A stretch of DNA of 64,000 nt, from the IMG/VR virus record IMGVR_UViG_3300034012_002207; one strand, given 5' to 3'. This document shows, in pieces, positions 20,042-27,887 of the stretch; the stretch's first letter is position 1; each line of letters begins with the position of its first letter. The position numbers and the translations under genes were made by a program. Below the pieces are notes generated by a model that was given only the letters and a program-made list of their open reading frames with translations, did not search any database and had not been told where the DNA came from. The stretch comes from an uncultured virus (IMG/VR IMGVR_UViG_3300034012_002207) (lineage: Duplodnaviria > Heunggongvirae > Uroviricota > Caudoviricetes).

Positions 20042-20070
20042 ATTATACCACCGGGGCAGCTATAAGTCAA
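20042..20070 (-). promoter_or_regulatory. sigma70-type promoter for head operon
   Basis: TTGACT-17-TATAAT on minus strand. Confidence 0.7.
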
Positions 20071-20378
20071 TGCACATTTTCAGTCTTGGGGGTAGTGTAC
20101 GTTTCACTTACAGTACCTACTCCTAGTAAACATGCTGTACTTTTATGTACTATAACTAGCGTCCAAGCATCAGTTTTAGGGTTTTTAAATATAAGATAAC
20201 TAGAGTTGGCCTCCAAATTTTGCCCACGCCACCATGGTTGCTCAGCAATATCTTTGTCACCTACTACCTCTAAGAACCGACTAAAAGGGCCACATAGTAC
20301 AGGAGTTTGTACATACCCAAAATCTTGGGCCACTGCCGCGCTGGAAACCAATCCCGCAACAAGAATAAATTTTTTCAC
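20067..20378 (-). CDS. hypothetical exported protein
   Basis: GTG start with AGGA RBS; signal-peptide-like KKFILVAGLVSSAAVA. Confidence 0.6.
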   Translation of the reverse strand: MKKFILVAGLVSSAAVAQDFGYVQTPVLCGPFSRFLEVVGDKDIAEQPWWRGQNLEANSSYLIFKNPKTDAWTLVIVHKSTACLLGVGTVSETYTTPKTENVH

Positions 20379-20409
20379 TTGTGTAATCCTTCTAGTTATG
20401 TTATAATTA

Positions 20410-21723
20410 TTATCTAGTAAACGAGTATAAGCAGTAGCGGAGCGCATCCATAAGGTGAGAGTACCGATCATGCTTAGGCTTCTCACGTGTAAGCCCCTCG
20501 CGATCATCCCACTTGTACTGGTTGAGTGCCTCTACGGTCTTGGTACAGCCCGGATCTACCCATAGCTTACCCTGTGCGACTAGGGTTTGCACGTACGCGA
20601 TGCCGGGAAGTACATCTTTACGAGCACGCACAGTCGGAATATCATACTGGTAGGCAAGGTCTTGAGCAAACTGTGCTGCCGCACTATCTATAAAGATTAG
20701 TTCAATCTGGAACTCGTCTGCCATGTTTTTAATCTGTTGGGCATGATACTGGGTAGTCTGCTCGGCCTCCTCGTACTCACGTATAACCCAGAACCTATCC
20801 TCGCCTGCATCACGTGGATCCGGCAGGTAGGCTACTACTAGGAAGGCTGTGGGGTCTCGGTATCCCGGGTCGCAGCCCGCAATAAACTGAGTACTCTGAT
20901 CCAGCTGCAGTTTGGGGTCCCAAGGCACGATGTTATCATCCCGTAACTCATAAATCTGACCCTCAAATGTAGTGAATGACGCAAGGTATTCCTGCTCAAA
21001 CTCCTGCTTGCTCATAGACCTGCGGGCTTCTTCAATATCTTTAGGGCTCATCCTGGGATTTTCTTCATAATCTGCCCAGAGTGAACACCACTCCGGAAAT
21101 TCTGCCGAGAACCCACGATCCCAGAATCGGGAGAACCAGTTTTGCTTGCCACGAGGTGTGGAGATAAATATAGCTTTAGCATCTACCCGGTCTAGGGTCG
21201 GACGCAGCTGGATATTAAATGCCTCCTCACCGCCGTCGCCTAAGGCAGCCTCGTCAAAGAGTATAAGCTGGTACGATCTACCAACTGTGCTATCTACTGT
21301 GGACAGCGAACCCATCCTGACTGTAGACCCGTTGCTCAGCTCAATTACCCGGTCCTTTAGGTTATCCCGCTCCACCTCCAACTCAAAGTGTTTGATAAAC
21401 CTGCGTTGCAGTTCAAAACTAATGCTGGACAGATTATAGTTGGGACTGATCACTAGGACATTGCAGTTTGGCACTAGGCTTACTAGTTGCGCAATGATAT
21501 TTGCAATATAGGTTTTGCCTAGACGGCGTGCTAGTGCGGCTACAACAAAACGGTATTGTGGATTGTTGACCGCATTGATTAGTGCCAGCTGCGCGCGGTT
21601 TAGCTGATCCCAAGCTCCGATGAGCTTAAGATAGTTTTCGATTGGTAGTTTAATAAAACGGGTATGTGGGTCGAATTCTTGAATGCCGTCCCACTCTACA
21701 TCGGGTCTCGACACCTTAAGCAA
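20410..21723 (-). CDS. terL: terminase large subunit
   Basis: ARRLGKT Walker A, LILFDEAA Walker B, ISTPRG, nuclease GCDPG, HLMDALRY. Confidence 0.95.
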   Translation of the reverse strand: MLKVSRPDVEWDGIQEFDPHTRFIKLPIENYLKLIGAWDQLNRAQLALINAVNNPQYRFVVAALARRLGKTYIANIIAQLVSLVPNCNVLVISPNYNLSSISFELQRRFIKHFELEVERDNLKDRVIELSNGSTVRMGSLSTVDSTVGRSYQLILFDEAALGDGGEEAFNIQLRPTLDRVDAKAIFISTPRGKQNWFSRFWDRGFSAEFPEWCSLWADYEENPRMSPKDIEEARRSMSKQEFEQEYLASFTTFEGQIYELRDDNIVPWDPKLQLDQSTQFIAGCDPGYRDPTAFLVVAYLPDPRDAGEDRFWVIREYEEAEQTTQYHAQQIKNMADEFQIELIFIDSAAAQFAQDLAYQYDIPTVRARKDVLPGIAYVQTLVAQGKLWVDPGCTKTVEALNQYKWDDREGLTREKPKHDRYSHLMDALRYCLYSFTR

Positions 21724-22183
21724 GTTTGTCTCCCAGCAATTTCTGGATTAGCTGGCCATATCGTGTACCGTCACCGCCCTCGTTGATCTGCACATTAACC
21801 TGATTTTTAGGCCCACCTTGCCGTAATTTCTCCAGCTGAATCTCACGGTCTAGCAATTCCATGCTCATTTTGTGTGAGAGTGCAAGTAGTTCCGATATGT
21901 CTTTGGTGCTGCCCGTTTGCGACTCCTCCAGCTCCTGAAACTTTTGACTAATAAGTGCGTCCATGGCACGGCGCATACGAAACCGGTTGTTGAAGCCTAA
22001 GTCGAAGAATACCTGGTTAATGTAGGATTTCACATCTGGACGCTTTAGGATCTGGGCAACGTCGTGGGGTTCTAGCTGGAGGACAGTGGCTACCTCCTGG
22101 GTGTTTTGGTGTTCTAGGTAGAGATTAGCCACCTCCAATAATTCGGGGCTTATGTTGATGGTGTCGGTGGGTAGTTGGTTCAT
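21716..22183 (-). CDS. terS: terminase small subunit (T5-like)
   Basis: ISPE.LEVAN.YL HTH, GFNNRF; immediately upstream of terL. Confidence 0.8.
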   Translation of the reverse strand: MNQLPTDTINISPELLEVANLYLEHQNTQEVATVLQLEPHDVAQILKRPDVKSYINQVFFDLGFNNRFRMRRAMDALISQKFQELEESQTGSTKDISELLALSHKMSMELLDREIQLEKLRQGGPKNQVNVQINEGGDGTRYGQLIQKLLGDKLA

Positions 22184-22368
22184 GGTGATCCTGTAGTTTT
22201 TTAAAGTGTAACACGTTTAGCGGTTTAGGGTCAATGGGTAAATTTTCCTTGGTGTTACACGCGTGGGTGGGCGCTCAGATTTTTTGGTTTGTCAAGTCAA
22301 AAAACCGCCCCTGTTACGTTATAACATCACAAGGCCTGGCGCTGTTACAAATTGTTACAATTCAATGC

Positions 22369-22396
22369 TTGCACAAAATTTTCAACCCTGTATAAT
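22369..22396 (+). promoter_or_regulatory. pre-early promoter
   Basis: TTGCAC...TG TATAAT. Confidence 0.65.
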
Positions 22397-22430
22397 TAAA
22401 CACATCGAAGCACACAACCCTGGAAGCACA

Positions 22431-22583
22431 ATGCGGAACACCTATACAATCAGTTACTACTTGCAAGGCAAGCAAGGTTCTGTTACACTACAGGCTCAAA
22501 GCGAGCAAGATGCTTGCGGGCTTGTCAAGGCAATGCACAAGGGTTGCCGTATCTTCCACGTTATGAATTACAATCTTTATTGA
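22431..22583 (+). CDS. hypothetical protein
   Basis: first ATG after promoter. Confidence 0.5.
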   Translation: MRNTYTISYYLQGKQGSVTLQAQSEQDACGLVKAMHKGCRIFHVMNYNLY

Positions 22584-22590
22584 GGCTAAT

Positions 22591-22776
22591 ATGAAAAGCG
22601 CGTTAGGTTTTGGGCTTGTGTTTTTTGGGATTGTGTTGCTTGCCGGCGTAGCCGGCGGGCTTGACCAGATACCCGCGACTGGTTCTGTGGTATACTGGCT
22701 TACCAGCGTAATGCTGGCACTTGCTGGCTTTGCTGCTGGCTTGCTTGGAATTTCATTTATTGACAAAGGGGAATAA
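22591..22776 (+). CDS. small membrane protein
   Basis: GAGG RBS; two hydrophobic helices. Confidence 0.65.
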   Translation: MKSALGFGLVFFGIVLLAGVAGGLDQIPATGSVVYWLTSVMLALAGFAAGLLGISFIDKGE

Positions 22777-22779
22777 ATC

Positions 22780-23100
22780 ATGGCTGAAAAGACTGCGAAC
22801 TACACTTCGGAACAAACCCTTAAACTTGTGGCCGATTACAAGGCTGGGGTACAGGTTGAGGATATTGCCAAGGCAATGGGCAAATCGGTTCGGTCGATTG
22901 TTGCTAAACTGTCCCGCGAGGGTGTATACCAGAAAAAGGAATACACAACCAAAACGGGCGAGGCTCCCGTCAAAAAGGATGAGCACGCTGATATGATCGG
23001 CAAGGCACTGAACCTTTCAGAAGGGGATACCGATTCACTTGCCAAAGCAAACAAGCGCGCGCTTGCTGCGATTGCGGAGTTTATCCGCAGCAAGGCGTAG
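22780..23100 (+). CDS. T5 A2-like DNA-binding protein (copy 1)
   Basis: NYT.EQT..LV..Y..G..VE.IA..MGKSVRSIVAKLSREGVYQK; L.KANK.AL. Confidence 0.75.
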   Translation: MAEKTANYTSEQTLKLVADYKAGVQVEDIAKAMGKSVRSIVAKLSREGVYQKKEYTTKTGEAPVKKDEHADMIGKALNLSEGDTDSLAKANKRALAAIAEFIRSKA

Positions 23101-23330
23101 CACACTACGGCTCGGGGCGCAAGCCCCGAGGCCTGGGAGCGTGTTGTATTTTTACAACACGCTGGCGCCAAAATTATATCATATAATTTTGGCCCGTGTC
23201 AAGCATTTAATTGTAACAATTTGTAACAGCGTGGTTTTTTGGTCATTAGGGTTTTCCTTATATGCCCTGGGTTGCACAATCCCCAAAAACCTGTATAATT
23301 CTCTACATGGACAAAACACAAGGCAACAAA

Positions 23331-23561
23331 ATGATGAACGATCCTCAAATGATAGTTGACCATGCCATGCAATGTGGCGCGATTTGGGCTGGCATCGATA
23401 ACCTTGCACTTCACAAGGATCGCAAGGCTGTTGCGGTATCGTTCTCAAGCACGCACGATGCTCAGGAATTTGTGTACTATATACACGATTGGCTCGATGA
23501 GCATAACTTTCCTGATTTGCCTGTATCTTACGACGAAGAATTTGTTTTGGTCTGGCTCTGA
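23331..23561 (+). CDS. hypothetical protein
   Basis: ATG downstream of promoter at about 23272-23299. Confidence 0.5.
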   Translation: MMNDPQMIVDHAMQCGAIWAGIDNLALHKDRKAVAVSFSSTHDAQEFVYYIHDWLDEHNFPDLPVSYDEEFVLVWL

Positions 23562-23585
23562 AACTTAACCTTGAAAGGGTTTATC

Positions 23586-23915
23586 ATGAAAAAATGGGAT
23601 CAAGTTTTACGGCGTAATCTTCTGTCCGACCTTGAGGGAGAAGGTGGCTCGCTGGTTTATGATGTTGAGGACGGAATTACCGTCGCGGTTCGTCCCAGTG
23701 TGCCTGAATCATGGAGCCGGAATTCCGTGAACTGGGTTAAAATCGCAGTTGCCTATTGTGCAGACTTCGATGCCTATGACCCGATCAAGGGTGAGATTCT
23801 GGCAATGGAACGGGCTTTTCAGGGTGAAACGGTTTCGTTTCCCCGTATGCCCGGAGAGACTACGCTGGAAGTTGCTCTGAACTTTTTGCGATTTGTCAAG
23901 GGTGACGTAAACTAG
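23586..23915 (+). CDS. hypothetical protein
   Basis: AAGGG RBS, ATG 23586. Confidence 0.6.
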   Translation: MKKWDQVLRRNLLSDLEGEGGSLVYDVEDGITVAVRPSVPESWSRNSVNWVKIAVAYCADFDAYDPIKGEILAMERAFQGETVSFPRMPGETTLEVALNFLRFVKGDVN

Positions 23916-24089
23916 GGTAAACCCAGGTGTTGCGGAAACGCAACACCTGGGCGCCAATTTTATCATATAAAATTGGCGGGTGTCAAGGGTTTTTGCAAAA
24001 AAATTTTTCTATGGGCGTGAGCGTGTCGATAGAAAAATACAATGGCACCTGGCTTGCACTAGGCGCGATTTTCCTGTACTATCTTACTC

Positions 24090-24431
24090 ATGAACTCAAA
24101 CCCGCTCTTAAAACCTTGGCAAGATGCTTGCCGGATTTGGCCGGAACTGGAATTGCACAACCCGCCAACCTTCAAAATCTCGGAACGGCTAACCCGTACC
24201 GCTGGCTTGTGCATTGTGGAGACTGGCGAGATTACCCTCAGCGGCCCATACTTGCGCGAATACCGGCGTGAAATGATGGGGCAAATTCTCACCCATGAGA
24301 CTGCACATTATATCGACTACTGCCTGAACGGATGGCGAAAATATAAGCGGCATCACGGCAAACCATGGCAGGAAATCATGTATACTCTAGGGTATGAACC
24401 GAAACCCTTTCACACAATGGAATTAAAATAA
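24090..24431 (+). CDS. SprT-like zinc metalloprotease
   Basis: RLTRTAG, LTHETAH, HGKPW. Confidence 0.85.
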   Translation: MNSNPLLKPWQDACRIWPELELHNPPTFKISERLTRTAGLCIVETGEITLSGPYLREYRREMMGQILTHETAHYIDYCLNGWRKYKRHHGKPWQEIMYTLGYEPKPFHTMELK

Positions 24432-24904
24432 TGGCAATCAAGCGCGTTAGAATTTACGACATGGACGGAACCATTGTATGCTCGCTGCATCGTTACCGGA
24501 CCGTCATCGATGAGCGTGGCGAGCGTATCGACCTAGACTACTGGCGCGAGAATGAATACCGCGCGCTTGACGATTCACTCTTACCGCTGGTCGAAGAATA
24601 CTGGCAAGACCTTGACGATCCTGAAACGTATACCATAATTGCGACTGCGCGCGTACTAGGCGAACCGGATCGAGAATTTATCCGCGACACTCTAGGCGAA
24701 CCCGATTATATCGTTTCGCGTAAACAGGGCGATACGCAATCAGGTCGAACCCTCAAAATCGGTGGACTAGCAAAGTTTTTCAACCTTGTCAACTTCCAGA
24801 CTGACGATGTTGTTTTTTATGAGGATAATGTGGACTACCTTAAAGCAGTCTGCGACCGTTTCGGTATCCGTGGAGTTTACATTCCAAGCAAGCAGGGACA
24901 CTAA
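24431..24904 (+). CDS. HAD-family phosphatase
   Basis: IYDMDGT, IATAR, K, FYEDN motifs. Confidence 0.8.
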   Translation: MAIKRVRIYDMDGTIVCSLHRYRTVIDERGERIDLDYWRENEYRALDDSLLPLVEEYWQDLDDPETYTIIATARVLGEPDREFIRDTLGEPDYIVSRKQGDTQSGRTLKIGGLAKFFNLVNFQTDDVVFYEDNVDYLKAVCDRFGIRGVYIPSKQGH

Positions 24905-25315
24905 TGAAAACTGCCTTTTGCTTCCTACTGGTCGGTCATCTGGTAACAACCTCTCGATACAGGGCGCGCGAATACCTTGAGGAGGAACCCGTAATGTGGC
25001 AATGGGTTGAAGGACGATAGGGGCATACGCCCCTATTATTTTGCCCAGGCCATGTGATGTTATAACATAACATTGTTTCACATGAAACAATGTTATGTTA
25101 TAACATCACACCATGCTGGCGCCAATTTTACTATTAAAATTGGGCCGGTGTCAAGGACCAAATTGTAAATAATTGTAACAAAACCTGGCCCGTGTCGTAT
25201 TTTGTACACAAGGGTTTGCCCCACTAGAATTTTTTGCATGGGGCTGGATTCTGTGCTAGAATCTGGGTGTGGCAATTGCCGCGCGCGATTTCCGGCGCTT
25301 TCCGGTAAAGGGTAG

Positions 25316-26017
25316 ATGATGGCTCGCAAGCAGTTTTTTTGTATCGTTGACACTGAGACAACGATTAATGATACCGTGGCCGATTTTGGCGCGGTAATTG
25401 TTGATCGTGAGGGTAAGATTTTCACACAATGTGCTGTTCTGGTTCGCGGTGAATATGGGGATAAGACTCTATTCCACGACAAAAACAAATCAGATATTTG
25501 GGGTTTTGCGGGTTTGCGTAAACGTGAAGCACAATATGTCGCCATGCTAGATTCTGGCGCGCGTATGCTTGCATCAGTTGCGGCAATTAATCGCTGGCTT
25601 GCGCTTGCGGTAGGCAAATATAATCCTATTCTCACGGCATATAATCTAAACTTTGATGAGGGTAAATGTCGCAATACTGCGATTGATCTTGACCTATTCA
25701 CGGATCGGTTTTGCCTGTGGCAAGCGGCAATCGGTAATATTTGCGGAACTCGCAAATATCGTCAATTCTGTTTAGAGAATCACTTATTTAATCCGCCGAC
25801 TGATAAGGGTAATATGTCTTTTAAGACTACCGCTGAGGCAGTATGCGGATTTATTCAGGGTGAATTTAAGATTGAACCCCATACCGCTATCGAGGATGCG
25901 CGCGATTTTGAATTGCCCATCCTGACCAGTATTATCAAGCGCAAACAATGGCGCGATAATCTTAAAGCGCATACATGGTACGATTTTCAGGTCAAAAATC
26001 ACTTTAAGGCAATTTAA
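25316..26017 (+). CDS. DEDDh 3'-5' exonuclease
   Basis: IVDTETT, AYNLNFD, HTAIEDA. Confidence 0.85.
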   Translation: MMARKQFFCIVDTETTINDTVADFGAVIVDREGKIFTQCAVLVRGEYGDKTLFHDKNKSDIWGFAGLRKREAQYVAMLDSGARMLASVAAINRWLALAVGKYNPILTAYNLNFDEGKCRNTAIDLDLFTDRFCLWQAAIGNICGTRKYRQFCLENHLFNPPTDKGNMSFKTTAEAVCGFIQGEFKIEPHTAIEDARDFELPILTSIIKRKQWRDNLKAHTWYDFQVKNHFKAI

Positions 26018-26019
26018 TT

Positions 26020-26274
26020 ATGTCGGATGCAATCGGTATTATCGGATCGGTTGCATTTGCAACCTGTGCAATTCCACAGGTTGTCGAATGCTACCGTAAA
26101 CGATCCGCTGAGGGTTTGTCGTGGATGTTTTTAATCCTTTGGGCAATTGGCGAGATATTCACCATTATTTATATTTGGCCTAAACAAGACTGGATTTTGC
26201 TGGGCAATTATCTATTTAATTCGCTTTGCCTTGCGGTAATGATTTTTTTCAAAATTGAGGATACCAGAAAATGA
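26020..26274 (+). CDS. PQ-loop / SemiSWEET-like membrane protein
   Basis: AIPQV...RKRSAEGLS, three TM helices. Confidence 0.85.
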   Translation: MSDAIGIIGSVAFATCAIPQVVECYRKRSAEGLSWMFLILWAIGEIFTIIYIWPKQDWILLGNYLFNSLCLAVMIFFKIEDTRK

Positions 26275-26615
26275 AGTTTCACAAATCAGACATTGAACTA
26301 TTCCAGCGAATTGCGGAAACCGAAATTCAAATCCGCAAACCCGTAGTTTTACAGGTTTGCAAGACTATAAATCTCGGCGGTGTTTATTGTGTAGGATTAT
26401 GGGAAGATGAATTCGATTATCACCTAATCCAAGTTTCACGCGCTGAAATCTGGAATCCCATGGAATTATTTGCAACCATTGTGCATGAATATATTCACGC
26501 TTGGCAATCTGAAAATAATCTTCCAGTAAATCATTCTCCATCAGGTTATTTTGATCGGTGGCGAAAATATTTCCGGCGACATTATCAGGTTAATATTGCA
26601 GGATTCAATAAATAA
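26271..26615 (+). CDS. HEXXH zinc metallopeptidase-like protein
   Basis: TIVHEYIHAWQ...H. Confidence 0.7.
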   Translation: MKFHKSDIELFQRIAETEIQIRKPVVLQVCKTINLGGVYCVGLWEDEFDYHLIQVSRAEIWNPMELFATIVHEYIHAWQSENNLPVNHSPSGYFDRWRKYFRRHYQVNIAGFNK

Positions 26616-26890
26616 ATAAAACCCCGAAAGGGGTTTTACTTTGCCAGGCCTATGTGATGTTATAACATCACACCCGTGTGATGTTATAACATCACACCTT
26701 GCTGGCGCCAAATTTTATCATATAAAATTTGCCCGTGTCAAGGGTTTTCTACAAAATATTTTTCTATCGGGGTCGCCTAGTCGATTAAAAAATACAATCG
26801 CTTGCCCAGGGCGCAGGGCTAGATTTTCGTGTAGAATCTTTTCTGTGGCGGGTGCATGGGGCGCTTGCCAAAACTGTGAAGGGTAGCAAA

Positions 26891-27217
26891 ATGGCAGAAA
26901 AAGCCGTGAACTACACTCCCGAGCAAACCGCGCAGGTTGTCGCGGATTATCTCGCGGGTGTTACCGTGGAAAGCATTGCCGAAAATCTCGGCAAATCGGT
27001 TCGTTCGATTGTGGCAAAATTGTCGCGCGAGGGTGTTTACCAGAAAAAGGTTTATACCACGAAAACCGGCGAACCCGTTCAGAAAAAGGATATGACTGCG
27101 GATGCTATCGGTCGAATTCTGAACCTGAGCGAAGCTGATACCGACTCGCTTACCAAAGCGAACAAGCGCGCGCTGAAGGCGATTTTTGATGCGCTTGCCA
27201 ATTCCAAGCCTATCTAA
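26891..27217 (+). CDS. T5 A2-like DNA-binding protein (copy 2)
   Basis: close paralog of 22780-23100. Confidence 0.75.
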   Translation: MAEKAVNYTPEQTAQVVADYLAGVTVESIAENLGKSVRSIVAKLSREGVYQKKVYTTKTGEPVQKKDMTADAIGRILNLSEADTDSLTKANKRALKAIFDALANSKPI

Positions 27218-27233
27218 CTAGGCAAGGATTGTG

Positions 27234-27263
27234 CCAGCCCCGACTCCGGTCGGGGCTTTTTTT
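27234..27263 (+). terminator. intrinsic terminator
   Basis: agccccgac-tccg-gtcggggct followed by T-run. Confidence 0.85.
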
Positions 27264-27278
27264 CGGCCCGGCCCAGCC

Positions 27279-27690
27279 TGGCACAGTTCTTGCTAAGGCA
27301 AAAACTGTGCCAGGCGCTGGCGCCGATTTTATCATATAAAATCGGCCCGTGTCAAGCGCAGAATTGTAACAATTTGTAACCGTGGCTTTTTTACCACAAA
27401 GCAAAATTCGTGCCAGGCCTAGATGAGAATGATTCTCATTCGCACCAAGCAAAATTCGTGCCACTAGCAAGATTCGTGCCAGCCTAGCGAAGTGAGCACT
27501 TACTAACCGGACCAAGTTAGTGAGCACTTACTAACCGGACCAAGTTAGTGAGCACTTACTAACCTCCAGGGCAGGTTGCGCCAGTGCAAAACCTTGGCAA
27601 GTGCAAAATCTTGCGCGTGCGCCAGTGCAAAACCTTGGCAAGTGCAAAAACTTGGTCTTCCTGCGCCAGTGCTAAAGTGGCAAATCGAAA
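27279..27690. repeat. repeat/palindrome cluster, injection-stop-signal-like
   Basis: 5 TGGCAC-N5-TTGC units, 3 x 28-bp tandem repeat, 2-3 x ~31-bp repeat with 41-bp period. Confidence 0.85.
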
Positions 27691-27887
27691 AATCTAGTCT
27701 TGCCCGCGACCGCTAAGCCATGTATAATATTTATATTGAGTCAGCGATTAAAGGAACAACATGAACAAATTTGTGCCACCGGATACCGTAGGCGATTTAC
27801 CTGACTGGTTGAAGCCTAAAAAATCTTGACTTGATTCCCAAGCCTAATCCCTGTATAATATTTATATTGATTGATTGGAGAACCCAA

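Noticed and set aside
26653..26672. CRP site
   Set aside because: TGTGA and TCACA are 10 bp apart rather than 6.
27490..27690. Possible mini-CRISPR array
   Set aside because: Units are identical tandem copies without unique spacers of 25-40 nt, and no cas genes are in the window.
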